Below, one piece after another: positions 26,847-36,414 of a stretch of 42,896 nt of DNA. The DNA lies in assembly GCA_046496595.1 (NCBI GenBank), contig JAWOGU010000488.1, positions 1 to 42,896 on the forward strand, in the 5' to 3' direction. The DNA is from Chloroflexota bacterium (lineage in GTDB: Bacteria > Chloroflexota > Anaerolineae > Promineifilales > Promineifilaceae). The first letter of the stretch is position 1, and each line of letters starts with the position of its first letter. Position numbers and translations under genes: made by a program. Under the pieces are notes generated by a model. That model was given only the letters and a program-made list of their open reading frames with translations, did not search any database and was not told the origin of the DNA.

Positions 26847-28733
26847 ATGACTTTCGAAGCTTGGCTTGTTCTGGGCATACTATTAATCGGCATTATTTTG
26901 TTTGTTACCGAAGCCCTGCGCGTTGATATCGTAGCGCTCGGCGTCGTCGTGACTTTAATGTTAACCGGTATATTGACCCCTTCAGAAGCAATATCTGGAT
27001 TTTCAAACTCTGCGGTCATCACGATTGCGGCTCTTTTCATCGTAGGGGGGGCCGTTTTACAAACGGGACTCGCGGGCATGATTGGGCGGCGCATCTTGAC
27101 CATCGCCGGTACAGATGAAAAGAAGCTAACAGTTGTTTTAATTATTGCTGTTTCGTTACTCTCAAGTTTTATGAGTGACACAGGCACCGTAGCAGTTTTA
27201 TTACCAGCTGTCATTATCTTGGGGCGTACGGCCAAAATCAATCCTGCTAAGCTTCTCATTCCCCTCGCTTATGGCTCTTTATTGGGCGGAGCCATGACCC
27301 TTATTGGGACTCCGCCAAACATTATTGTCAGTGATTTGCTGCGCGAATCAGGGTATGAGCCGTTCACATTTTTTAGTTATACGCCTGCCGGAGTGGCGTT
27401 GGTTGCTGTCGGGGTATTGTATATGCTCTTCATGGGGCGGAAACTACTCCCTGCTCGGGAAACAGATATGCCGGAGCAGATAATGGAATCTCGCGAAGAG
27501 GTCGTAGATCGTTACCGTTTGCCAAAAAATGTTTTTCGATTGCGCGTGCGCCTGTGGTCCAGACTAATCGGCAAGTCAATAGCTGATGGAGATTTTGGGA
27601 AAGAACATCATATTACGGTTTTAGAAATTCTTCGCCGGGAAGAGCCGCGACCTGCTTTGCGTTTGGTACGGCCGAAATCAGGCGAAAATCAGGAAATCAA
27701 ACGCCGCTCCGTTGCCCCTGAGGCCGATACCATCATTGAGGCTGATGATATCTTGATTGTGCAGGGTGACGCGCATGACATTGGCCGTTGTGCTGCGTCT
27801 TGGGCGTTGGGTGTGCAGGCTGCCACCGATGCCAATGTGGCGGAAGAAGGCGTGTCACGCATCAATGATGAGGTTGGCGTCGCCGAGGTGTTGGTCCCCA
27901 ATCGTTCGCGCTTGATTGACAAGACCGTGGTAGAGACACGTTTTAGCCAAACCTATAATCTCAACGTCTTAGGCATCATGACCCCTGGCGGCAAGGGGGA
28001 AGTGAATATTCGGGATCACCGTTTGGTGTTTGGTGATACGCTGTTAGTTCAAGGTCGCTGGGAAGACATTATCGCCATGCGGGATAACAGGCGGGATTTT
28101 GTGGTTATGGGGCAGCCTGAAACGATGCTGCGAAACCCGGACCGTAAAAAAGCAATGGTGGCGTTGGCTGTTTTAGCCGCCATGATTTTTTTGATGATCA
28201 CCAATTGGCTGCCTTTGACGGCAATTGCTCTATCGGCGGCGCTGGTAATGGTTTTAACCAAGTGTTTGACTATGGATGATGCTTATAATGCTATCGATTG
28301 GAAGAGCATCGTTTTGATTGCCGGGATGATTCCCATGAGCATAGCCCTGCAAAACGTAGGCTTGATAGATCTGGCGGCAACTAATCTGATAAATGCCTTC
28401 GGACCTTATGGGCCATTGGCAATCATGGCCGGCTTATTTTTGTTGACTTCCTTATTTACGCAGTTTATTTCCAACACGGCCACGACTGTGGTCGTGGCGC
28501 CGGTGGCATTGGCGTCCGCGCAAACACTGGGGATTGAACCCTATGCCTTCTTAATGGCAGTGGCGATTGCGGCTTCAATGGCGTTTGCCACACCGGTGGC
28601 CTCGCCTTCTAACACTTTAGTAATGGGCGCTGGCAACTACCGCTTTGGTGATTACATTAAAGTGGGAACGCCTCTTATCTTTTTAACGCTCATAGCGACA
28701 TTGATTATTGTTCCCCTTGTCTTTCCCTTTTAG
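26847..28733 (+). CDS. DASS/SLC13-family anion:cation symporter with two central TrkA-C (RCK-C) domains
   Basis: Two polytopic halves flank a soluble region of about 220 aa with two RCK-C-like repeats (..GKSIADGDFGKEHHITVLEI.. and ..LIDKTVVETRFSQTYNLNVLGI..). I prefer the ATG at 26847 with GAGGA 7 nt upstream over the ORF-track start at 26799. Confidence 0.8.
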   Translation: MTFEAWLVLGILLIGIILFVTEALRVDIVALGVVVTLMLTGILTPSEAISGFSNSAVITIAALFIVGGAVLQTGLAGMIGRRILTIAGTDEKKLTVVLIIAVSLLSSFMSDTGTVAVLLPAVIILGRTAKINPAKLLIPLAYGSLLGGAMTLIGTPPNIIVSDLLRESGYEPFTFFSYTPAGVALVAVGVLYMLFMGRKLLPARETDMPEQIMESREEVVDRYRLPKNVFRLRVRLWSRLIGKSIADGDFGKEHHITVLEILRREEPRPALRLVRPKSGENQEIKRRSVAPEADTIIEADDILIVQGDAHDIGRCAASWALGVQAATDANVAEEGVSRINDEVGVAEVLVPNRSRLIDKTVVETRFSQTYNLNVLGIMTPGGKGEVNIRDHRLVFGDTLLVQGRWEDIIAMRDNRRDFVVMGQPETMLRNPDRKKAMVALAVLAAMIFLMITNWLPLTAIALSAALVMVLTKCLTMDDAYNAIDWKSIVLIAGMIPMSIALQNVGLIDLAATNLINAFGPYGPLAIMAGLFLLTSLFTQFISNTATTVVVAPVALASAQTLGIEPYAFLMAVAIAASMAFATPVASPSNTLVMGAGNYRFGDYIKVGTPLIFLTLIATLIIVPLVFPF

Positions 28734-28765
28734 AAAACTCTGGTTCTTCAGGATTTCAGGGATAT

Positions 28766-28793
28766 GTAGGGGCGGTTCGCGAACCGCCCCTAC
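28766..28793. repeat. Perfect 28-bp palindrome GTAGGGGCGGTTCG|CGAACCGCCCCTAC
   Basis: Exact reverse-complement halves, 33 nt after the transporter stop. Confidence 0.85.
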
Positions 28794-28974
28794 GCCAGGT
28801 GCTGGCTACCCCACGGATTCCCAAAGAGCCAAAACTCTTTCCGGTTATCATCGGCAAGAGCCAATAACCTTGGTCCACGGTTAGGAGCCATACTTGTAGG
28901 AATATATTTCTTTCAGGTACGTACGGTTTATTGTCTGTTGGTTCAAAAATCAAGATAAAGTTATACTTACACTT

Positions 28975-29628
28975 ATGTCGTTATTAAGAATAATGCTTGT
29001 CGATGATCATGAAGTTGTCCGCCTGGGATTACGCAGTCTTTTAGACCACCATCCCGGCTTTGAGGTCGTGGGAGAGGCAGCCGCAGAAGCGGAAGCTGTG
29101 AACAAGGCGCTTGAATTGGTCCCAGATATTATTCTGATGGATATACGATTGGCTGGGGGCAGTGGGGTTGATGCCTGTCAGCAAATCACCCTGGCTTTGC
29201 CCGAAACAAAAGTAGTGATGCTCACCTCCTATGCCGAAGACGAAATGCTCTTTGCCGCTATTCGGGCCGGAGCATCCGGTTATGTCTTGAAGCAGGTGGG
29301 CAGCAACGATCTCATTCGCGCGATAGAAGCTGCCTCCCGCGGTGAAGCCACCCTGGATCCTTCGCTGACGCAGCGTGTTTTTTCGGAAATCCGCCACTCC
29401 ATCCAAAAAGAAGAGGCGGCTGCCTTTGGCGATCTGACGGCCCAAGAAATGCAGGTATTGGCGCTGATAGCCGAGGGGAAAACAAATCGCGAAATTGCCA
29501 CGGCACTGTTTCTGAGTGAAGGTACCGTGCGTAACTATGTGAGCAGCATTTTATCCAAGCTCGGCGTTTCAAACCGGGCTGAAGCGGCGGCTTACGCCAT
29601 TCAGCACCACCTCAGCGATTATCTCTAA
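28975..29628 (+). CDS. NarL/FixJ-family response regulator (REC + LuxR HTH)
   Basis: Receiver with DD...D (MLVDDHE, ILMDIRL) and a K-region. C-terminal [45 protein letters not shown]. Confidence 0.9.
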   Translation: MSLLRIMLVDDHEVVRLGLRSLLDHHPGFEVVGEAAAEAEAVNKALELVPDIILMDIRLAGGSGVDACQQITLALPETKVVMLTSYAEDEMLFAAIRAGASGYVLKQVGSNDLIRAIEAASRGEATLDPSLTQRVFSEIRHSIQKEEAAAFGDLTAQEMQVLALIAEGKTNREIATALFLSEGTVRNYVSSILSKLGVSNRAEAAAYAIQHHLSDYL

Positions 29629-29637
29629 TCCAACTTT

Positions 29638-30831
29638 ATGACTGAATTGAATGCGTCTCCGAATGACATGTTAACCCAACAGCAGTTAGCCATTCGGAAC
29701 CGGCAGTTGTCTGCGTTGAGCCAGGCGGCTCTGGCGATTGCGGCTGAATTGAGCCTGGAAAAAGTACTCAAGCAGATCGCTGATTCGGCTCGGGAACTGG
29801 TGGAAGCACAGTATGCCGCCATTGGCGTGCCCACTGCTTATGGACAGCTAGAGACGTTTGTCCACAGCGGTATGCCTACTGCCATAGCAGAATTAATCCC
29901 TTCTTTGCCTCAAGGACATGGGCTGCTTGGGGCGCTCATCAGTGAAGAACGGCCGATTCGTATTCCCCGTATTGGCGATGATCCGCGCTCTGTTGGGTTC
30001 CCTCCGAATCACCCGCCGATGGATAGCTTTTTGGGCGTGCCGGTGGTGGCGGGGAATCAGGTGTTAGGTAACCTTTATCTGACGAATAAGCTGGATGCGC
30101 TTGAGTTTAGCGAAGCAGATCAGGAACTGGTTGGGATGTTGGCGGCGCATGTGGCGGTTGCCATTCAAAATGCCCGTTTGTATGAGCAGGTGGGGCGGCT
30201 GGCGATTGTGGATGAACGCGCCCGTATCGGTATGGACTTGCACGACGGCGTGATTCAGTCGATTTATGCGGTGGGGTTGATATTGGAATCGACGCGCCTG
30301 GAAATTCAGAATGGCGATGTGGAACCGGCCGATAAGCTGCTGGCACATGCCATTAATGGGCTAAATGATACGATTCGCGACATTCGTAATTTCATTTTGG
30401 ATTTGCGTCCACACCGTTTCAGCGGCAATTTAGACCAGGGATTATCTCGCCTGGTGCGCGAATTCCAGGCTAATACGATGGTGCCGGTGACGTTGGATGT
30501 GCCCAAGTGGGTGGGCAGCAGCCTGTCTACGCCGGTGATGCGGGCCGTTTTTCTGACAGCTCAAGAGGCGTTGGCGAATGTGGCCCGCCATGCAAAGGCG
30601 ACTGAAGTGGTTGTGCAGCTCACGCGAGTGCCGAAAGGGGTGGAATTATGCATTGCCGATAACGGCCGTGGGTTTGACCCGACTGCGATGTATCACTCGG
30701 TTGGGCATGGTTTGGCTAACATGCGGGCGCGGGCTGAAGAGCTGAACGGTTCTTACAAAATTGAATCAGTCCCAGGGCAAGGCACCAAGATTACGCTTGT
30801 ATTTCCTTCCAGTAAGGCGCGGCCGATGTAG
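29638..30831 (+). CDS. GAF-domain sensor histidine kinase (HisKA_3 / NarX-type)
   Basis: GAF-like N-terminal half, H-box RIGMDLHDGVIQSIY, and an ATPase with ADNGRGF and GHGLANMR. Confidence 0.85.
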   Translation: MTELNASPNDMLTQQQLAIRNRQLSALSQAALAIAAELSLEKVLKQIADSARELVEAQYAAIGVPTAYGQLETFVHSGMPTAIAELIPSLPQGHGLLGALISEERPIRIPRIGDDPRSVGFPPNHPPMDSFLGVPVVAGNQVLGNLYLTNKLDALEFSEADQELVGMLAAHVAVAIQNARLYEQVGRLAIVDERARIGMDLHDGVIQSIYAVGLILESTRLEIQNGDVEPADKLLAHAINGLNDTIRDIRNFILDLRPHRFSGNLDQGLSRLVREFQANTMVPVTLDVPKWVGSSLSTPVMRAVFLTAQEALANVARHAKATEVVVQLTRVPKGVELCIADNGRGFDPTAMYHSVGHGLANMRARAEELNGSYKIESVPGQGTKITLVFPSSKARPM

Positions 30832-30834
30832 ATA

Positions 30835-31170
30835 AGGCAGGGCTGCTGCAATTGCTCATCCGTCACGGCCTGGAAAACAACTTCATACAGGTTCTACTCA
30901 CTGGCTTCAGCATGTTTCCGCACCCGACGCCGGTGATTCTGAAAGGTGTGCAGCGTCGGCACGTTCTGGCTCAAGTCGTCCAGACCCAGTGCATAGTGCG
31001 TTTGCAGGTTAAATTGCAGATGCCGCTCCTTCGTAAATAGGACGTAGATTCACGCGGATGACGCGGAAGATATGATCCCAGGAAGCGTACAGTTGCTCAT
31101 GCATCTTGCGGGGCATCAGGAAGTCACTATTGAAAAAACCGGGTTGCTGCTGATGCTTGTTTTCGCGAAA
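30835..31170 (-). pseudogene. Decayed N-terminal fragment of an IS5/IS1182-type (DUF772-like) transposase
   Basis: Hand translation of the minus strand. One frame gives QQQPGFFNSDFLMPRKMHEQLYASWDHIFRVIRVNL and stops at 31009-31011. A second frame gives ERHLQFNLQTHYALGLDDLSQNVPTLHTFQNHRRRV...E*NLYEVVFQAVTDEQL with an in-frame TAG at 30894-30896. The pattern resembles the DUF772 motif (FRWFLGL...VPDHSTLSRFR). No DDE domain follows. Confidence 0.4.
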
Positions 31171-31289
31171 CACGGACGATTTCCTTAAGAAAAGAAATCC
31201 TTATTTATCGCATTATGTCAAGTTATGCTGCTTTGGAGACCGTTTGACATTTTTTCGGTAAAGTCATCCTTCATCCTCAGGAGTGGGCC

Positions 31290-31814
31290 ATGTCAAAATC
31301 TTCTTCACGTTCGACAGCAGATATTGCTTTGATCATCTTTTTTGGTTTATTGGCGGGGCTGGGCTGCCTGTGTTCCTTTTTTGCTGTGGTGCTGACGTTT
31401 GCCGAGCCGGGAGAGGGGAATTATGAATTAGCGCCTTTTTTCCTGGGGCTGACGCTGGCGGGAGTGGGCAGCATGGCGATGGTGGCGCTGCGCAAGCGGT
31501 ACAAAATGGGCTGGCCTTTATTGGTGGTGGCGTTGATCTTGTGGTCGATGGGGTCGGCGGTGTTTGCCTTTGGCCTGACGGCGACCTTTATGTATGATGA
31601 GCCGAATGATTTTATATCGAATCTGGGGTATTCGGTGGGTTTGTGTATTGCGCCGGGGGCGTTTTTGGCGCTGATTGGTCTATTTGTGTTTGGTTTTGAG
31701 GCGTGGCGGGAAACAGAGGGAGATGTGTTTGTTTCTCCTGATGAGGATGCGGATGAGTGGCTGAAATCCGTGAAAGCGAATGAGAAGTCGAAACTGGATG
31801 AGGATGTGTTTTAG
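31290..31814 (+). CDS. Small four-helix membrane protein with an acidic C-terminal tail, function unknown
   Basis: Four hydrophobic segments followed by DEDADEWLKSVKANEKSKLDEDVF. No recognisable motif. Confidence 0.5.
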   Translation: MSKSSSRSTADIALIIFFGLLAGLGCLCSFFAVVLTFAEPGEGNYELAPFFLGLTLAGVGSMAMVALRKRYKMGWPLLVVALILWSMGSAVFAFGLTATFMYDEPNDFISNLGYSVGLCIAPGAFLALIGLFVFGFEAWRETEGDVFVSPDEDADEWLKSVKANEKSKLDEDVF

Positions 31815-32054
31815 GTTTTTCTCGGGGGATGAGGGGAACGGCCGTTTCCATGAGTTTTCGTACTCTTTTAACAATGCGAGCAGGTTTAGCAGACGAATCA
31901 AACCGTTTTCACAACGGCCGTTTTCCCTTGTTGGCAATAACTGTAAAAGCCAGCCATCGACTGAATGTGTAGTACCGTTGGAATATGTTTTTTGTAAGAT
32001 ATTTGCGTTAATATCAACTCTGAAAAATTTTCAAATCCCTTACCGAGACCTTTT

Positions 32055-33500
32055 ATGTTCCGTTTGCAACGATACTTCACCATTACCAGCCTGGTTGCCT
32101 TTCTCTTAATCGCGCTTCTCCTGGGATATTTTTTTCGGGTGCTGGCAGTTTCCGATCTGATTTCCGCCAGCGAGAGTAAAAATGTGGCGCTCACCCAGAC
32201 TTTTGCCAACTTCCTCTGGCCCGAATTTGCCTTTTTTGTTTCAGATGCCAGTGAAATGGATATGACCGAACTGCAAAACCATCCACGGACTCAGGAGTTG
32301 TATGACCTGATTCAGGCACAGATGAGCGGATTGTCGGTGGTCAAAATCAAGGTTTATGACCTGGATGGTTTGACTGTTTTTTCCACTGAAAAAGCACAAA
32401 TTGGTGAAAACAAACTGGACAATGCCGGTTATCTCGCTGCCAGAGGCGGGGAGGTAGCCAGTGAACTAACGTTCCGTAATACCTTTAGCGCCTTTGAACA
32501 AACGATTGAAGATCGGAATGTGTTTTCCAGCTACGTGCCGATTTATGGCCCTGGTGGTGACATAGAGGGCGTTTTTGAAGTGTATGACGACGTGACGCCC
32601 CTGGTAAATCGTCTGGAACAAACCCAGCGCACCATTATTTTGGGGGTGGCTGTCATATTGTTTGTCTTATACGGCGTATTGTTCCTGATTGTGCGCCGCG
32701 CAGATGGCATTATTCGGCAGCAGTATGCGGATCTCATCAGAAATGAAGAAGAGTTGAGAGTGGCGCGAGACGAAGCGCTGGCGGCGTCGCAGTTCAAAAG
32801 CAAGTTGTTGGCCAGTGTCAGCCATGAAATGCGGACCCCGCTTCATGCCATTATGGGCTACGCCGAGATTTTAGAACAAGGCGTGTATGGCATTATTACC
32901 CCTAAGCAGCGAAAGGCTACCCATAGCATCCTGAGTAGTTCCGGCGTCTTGTTGGAGTTTATCAACAACTTGTTGGACCGTGCCCAGTTGGAGTCTGGTA
33001 AGTTGGTTTTTAAAATGAAGCCGCTGGCCCCTGGTGAGTTGGTGGAAGAAATTCAGGCGCAGGTGTCTGTTTTGGCTAAGGCAAATGGTTTGTCGCTGAA
33101 CTGTTCTGTGGCGGATGATGTGCCAGACAGGATTATGGGGGATCGGTATTGGCTGAGGCAGTTGATGCTTAACTTGCTCAGTAATGCCATCAAATTTACC
33201 CATGAAGGATCTGTGAGTTTAAATCTTTTTAAAGAAAATGAACAGTGGGGGTTTCAGGTGACGGACACAGGTCCTGGGATTCCGGCTGAGGCGCAGTCCC
33301 GTGTTTTTGAGGCGTTTGAACAAGGCGAGAATGAGTATGTGGGCAGCATCAAAGGAATTGGCCTCGGTTTGTCGATTGTGCGCGAAGTGGTTGCTTTGCT
33401 GAATGGAACGATTAAGTTGCACAGCGTGCCAGAGCAGGGAACGACTTTCACGATTACCTTGCCCCTGCTGCCGCTGCCAGTGGAGAAAGAAGTTGCATGA
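32055..33500 (+). CDS. Membrane-bound sensor histidine kinase (HisKA + HATPase_c)
   Basis: Two TM segments flank a periplasmic domain. H-box SHEMRTPLHAIMGY, N-box LLSNAIKFT, G-boxes DTGPGIP and GIGLGLSIV. Confidence 0.85.
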   Translation: MFRLQRYFTITSLVAFLLIALLLGYFFRVLAVSDLISASESKNVALTQTFANFLWPEFAFFVSDASEMDMTELQNHPRTQELYDLIQAQMSGLSVVKIKVYDLDGLTVFSTEKAQIGENKLDNAGYLAARGGEVASELTFRNTFSAFEQTIEDRNVFSSYVPIYGPGGDIEGVFEVYDDVTPLVNRLEQTQRTIILGVAVILFVLYGVLFLIVRRADGIIRQQYADLIRNEEELRVARDEALAASQFKSKLLASVSHEMRTPLHAIMGYAEILEQGVYGIITPKQRKATHSILSSSGVLLEFINNLLDRAQLESGKLVFKMKPLAPGELVEEIQAQVSVLAKANGLSLNCSVADDVPDRIMGDRYWLRQLMLNLLSNAIKFTHEGSVSLNLFKENEQWGFQVTDTGPGIPAEAQSRVFEAFEQGENEYVGSIKGIGLGLSIVREVVALLNGTIKLHSVPEQGTTFTITLPLLPLPVEKEVA

Positions 33501-33853
33501 GTGAGTTTCGGGCGCTGATTATTGAAGATGATGAGGCGATTGCCGCAATTTACGTGGAAGCATTACAGTTGGCAGGGTATGAAACAGAGATTGTGGGTAA
33601 CGGCCGTTTTGCCATACAGCGCCTGGGTGAAATAACGCCATGGCTGATTTTGTTAGATCTGCACCTGCCAGAAGTGGCAGGCGAAAAGGTCCTTCAATTT
33701 ATCAAAAACGAACCGAACCTGGCTTCTACCCGCATCTTTATCACCACCGCGGATCACCTCTGGGCCGAGGAATTACGCCCCAAAGTGGATCTGGTGTTGT
33801 TGAAACCGATTAGCTTAATGCAGCTGCGCGATATGGCGCTGCGTTTTCGTTAA
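33497..33853 (+). CDS. Single-domain response regulator (receiver only)
   Basis: ALIIEDDEAIA, LILLDLHLPEV and LLKP motifs. ATGA overlap with the kinase gene. Confidence 0.85.
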   Translation: MSEFRALIIEDDEAIAAIYVEALQLAGYETEIVGNGRFAIQRLGEITPWLILLDLHLPEVAGEKVLQFIKNEPNLASTRIFITTADHLWAEELRPKVDLVLLKPISLMQLRDMALRFR

Positions 33854-33917
33854 GCGCTTGGGCGTTTGAACCTGGCAAGATTGGTCTATTCTCCAAGAAT
33901 AAACCAATCTGGAATTC

Positions 33918-33965
33918 AGACCTGGCAGATTTTTGTAACCTGTCAGGTCTTTTATTTTTATTTTG
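33918..33965 (+). terminator. Intrinsic terminator after the receiver gene
   Basis: Stem AGACCTGGCAG / CCTGTCAGGTCT with one mismatch, followed by TTTTATTTTTATTTT. Confidence 0.6.
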
Positions 33966-34055
33966 GGAGATGGGTGATTGTGTTATTCTTCGTCATAAAT
34001 CTTTGCCCAAACACCATTATATTCATTGATGGTTTCTCAATAGGAGGCTTAAACA

Positions 34056-36341
34056 ATGGTTGATACGATTCAAACCCTGATTACCCAAATGACCCTGGCC
34101 GAAAAAGCGGCCCTTTGCACCGGCGCCAGCATGTGGACAACCACGCCCGTTGAACGGTTAGGTATACCGGAATTACTGGTTTCCGATGGACCGCACGGTA
34201 TTCGCCGCGTAGCCAACGTCCATGCTGTGATGGAGAAAAGCGAACCGGCGACCTGCTTCCCCACAGCTTCGAGCCTGGCGGCAAGCTGGGATGTTGATTT
34301 GCTGCATGAAATGGGGCAGGCATTGGCGGCAGAAGCTATCGCACTGGATGTAGACGTGGTGCTGGGACCGGGCGTCAACATGAAGCGTTCGCCTTTGTGC
34401 GGGCGCAACTTTGAATACTTTTCCGAAGACCCCTTCCTGGCAGGGCAGCTCGCCGCCAGCCTGATCAACGGTATTCAGAGTAAAGGTGTAGGCACGTCGA
34501 TCAAACACTTTGCGGCCAATAATCAGGAGTTTGAGCGTTTTTCCATCAGTGCGGAGGTGGACGAGCGGACTTTGCGTGAAATTTATTTGCCGGCGTTTGA
34601 AACGGCCGTTACCCAGTCCCAACCCTGGTCCGTGATGTGCGCCTATAACAAAGTAAACGGCGCTTACGCCTCCGAACATCATAGACTCCTGACCGAAATC
34701 CTCAAAAACGAGTGGGGCTTTGAAGGCTTCGTCGTCTCCGATTGGGGCGCGGTCCACGACCGCCCGGCGGCGCTGCGCGGCGGCCTGGACCTGGAAATGC
34801 CCGGTCCAAAAGATTCCCGCGTTCAGGCCGTCATCGAAGCAGTGAACAGCGGTGAACTGGATGAAGCCGTGTTGGACGAAGCCGTGCGCCGCATCTTGCG
34901 CATCGTGTTCAAGGCCGCCGAAACGCCCAAAGGCGGCAGCTTTGACGCGGCCGCCCACCATGCCCTGGCCCGCAAAGTGGCGGCGGAAGGCATGGTGCTG
35001 CTGAAAAACAACGGCATCCTGCCTCTGCAAAACCCGCAGCACATCGCCGTCATTGGCCGCGCCGCGCAGGAGCCGCATTTCCAGGGCGGCGGCAGTTCCC
35101 ACATCAACCCCACCCAGGTAGACGTTCCCTTCAAGGAGCTGCAAAAGCTGGCTGGCAATGCCGAACTGAGCTTCGCGCCCGGCTACCCCGCCGACGACAG
35201 CTTCCAGCAAGACCTGATTGACGAAGCCACTGCCACCGCCCAAACCAGCGATGTGGCTCTGCTCTACATGGCGCTGCCCGGATTCAAGGAGTCAGAAGGT
35301 TATGACCGGCCCGATTTGGATTTGACCAAACAGCAGGTGGCGCTGATTCAGGCAGTAACGGCCGTTCAACCGCGCGCCGTCGTCATTCTCAATAATGGCT
35401 CGGCACTCACCATGAGCGCCTGGCTGGATGGCGCGGCGGCGGTGCTGGAAGCCTGGATGATGGGGCAGGCAGGCGGCGGCGCTATTGCCGATGTCCTCTT
35501 TGGCCGGGTCAATCCCAGCGGAAAACTGGCCGAAACCTACCCGCTGGCGCTGCACGACACGCCGGCGCACCTCAATTTCCCCGGCGAAAATGGCGTCGTG
35601 CGATATGGCGAAGGGCTGTTTATCGGCTACCGTTGGTATGACGCCCGCGAGCAGCCGGTGTTGTTCCCCTTCGGCTTTGGCCTGAGCTACACCACGTTTG
35701 CCTACAGCAATCCGCATGTTTCGGGGGCTGCCTTTCAAGACGTGGATGGTTTGACGGTATGGGTGGATGTGACAAACACCGGGCAGAGGGCGGGACAGGA
35801 AGTGGTACAGGTGTATGTCCATGATAAAGAGGCGCGGCTAAAACGGCCGTTCAAAGAGCTAAAAGGTTTCGCCAAAGTTGCCCTCCAACCGGGCGAAACC
35901 AAAACCGTCACCATCCCCCTCAATGCCCGCGCCTTCGCCTATTACGACCCGGCCTACAAACAGTGGATCACCGAAGCGGGCGACTTTGACATGCTCATCG
36001 GCGCTTCGGCGACCGACATTCGCTGCACGGTTCCGGTTACCATGCAGTCTACTCAGTCCTTGCCTTCCATTCTGAACCGCGAATCGACCCTTGCTGCCTG
36101 GATGCAGGATCCGCGCGGCAAGACCATCTTTGAGCCGTTTTTCCAGCAAATTATGGGTCAAGGCGGCGGGCTGTTGGGCAGTGATGAAGATGAATCGACC
36201 GAGACCATCGGCATGAATGCGATGGATTTTCTCTCCTCCATGCCCCTGTTAAGCGTTTTGCATTTTCAGGATAAAAATTTGCCCCAATCGCCGGAGGCAA
36301 TCGTTGACCAACTGCTGGCGCAGGTTTATGCGCTTAAATAA
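34056..36341 (+). CDS. GH3-family beta-glucosidase
   Basis: KHFAANNQE, nucleophile region GFVVSDWGA, and a fibronectin-like C-terminal domain. AGGAGG RBS. Confidence 0.9.
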   Translation: MVDTIQTLITQMTLAEKAALCTGASMWTTTPVERLGIPELLVSDGPHGIRRVANVHAVMEKSEPATCFPTASSLAASWDVDLLHEMGQALAAEAIALDVDVVLGPGVNMKRSPLCGRNFEYFSEDPFLAGQLAASLINGIQSKGVGTSIKHFAANNQEFERFSISAEVDERTLREIYLPAFETAVTQSQPWSVMCAYNKVNGAYASEHHRLLTEILKNEWGFEGFVVSDWGAVHDRPAALRGGLDLEMPGPKDSRVQAVIEAVNSGELDEAVLDEAVRRILRIVFKAAETPKGGSFDAAAHHALARKVAAEGMVLLKNNGILPLQNPQHIAVIGRAAQEPHFQGGGSSHINPTQVDVPFKELQKLAGNAELSFAPGYPADDSFQQDLIDEATATAQTSDVALLYMALPGFKESEGYDRPDLDLTKQQVALIQAVTAVQPRAVVILNNGSALTMSAWLDGAAAVLEAWMMGQAGGGAIADVLFGRVNPSGKLAETYPLALHDTPAHLNFPGENGVVRYGEGLFIGYRWYDAREQPVLFPFGFGLSYTTFAYSNPHVSGAAFQDVDGLTVWVDVTNTGQRAGQEVVQVYVHDKEARLKRPFKELKGFAKVALQPGETKTVTIPLNARAFAYYDPAYKQWITEAGDFDMLIGASATDIRCTVPVTMQSTQSLPSILNRESTLAAWMQDPRGKTIFEPFFQQIMGQGGGLLGSDEDESTETIGMNAMDFLSSMPLLSVLHFQDKNLPQSPEAIVDQLLAQVYALK

Positions 36342-36414
36342 CAGTCAGTTTATCCAACGGGGCAGTGCAATTACGTTTGGCGCAAACTAACCGGTACACT
36401 GTACACTTCTGGCT

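Noticed and set aside
28756-28953. 65-aa minus-strand ORF downstream of the DASS gene. Also the small ORFs 33866-34063, 31780-32109, 31898-32209 and 30852-31040.
   Set aside because: They cover palindromes, terminators, AT-rich spacers or the transposase remnant. They have no RBS and no motifs.
34173-35243. 356-aa minus-strand ORF inside the GH3 gene. Similar long antisense ORFs occur at 18595-19416, 15776-16621, 13983-14678, 39926-40624, 20032-20784, 6685-7314, 38729-39250 and 36718-37260.
   Set aside because: All lie fully inside strongly supported genes on the opposite strand. Their translations are Arg/Gly/Ala/His-rich low-complexity strings with no motifs, which is typical shadow-ORF behaviour in high-G+C DNA.
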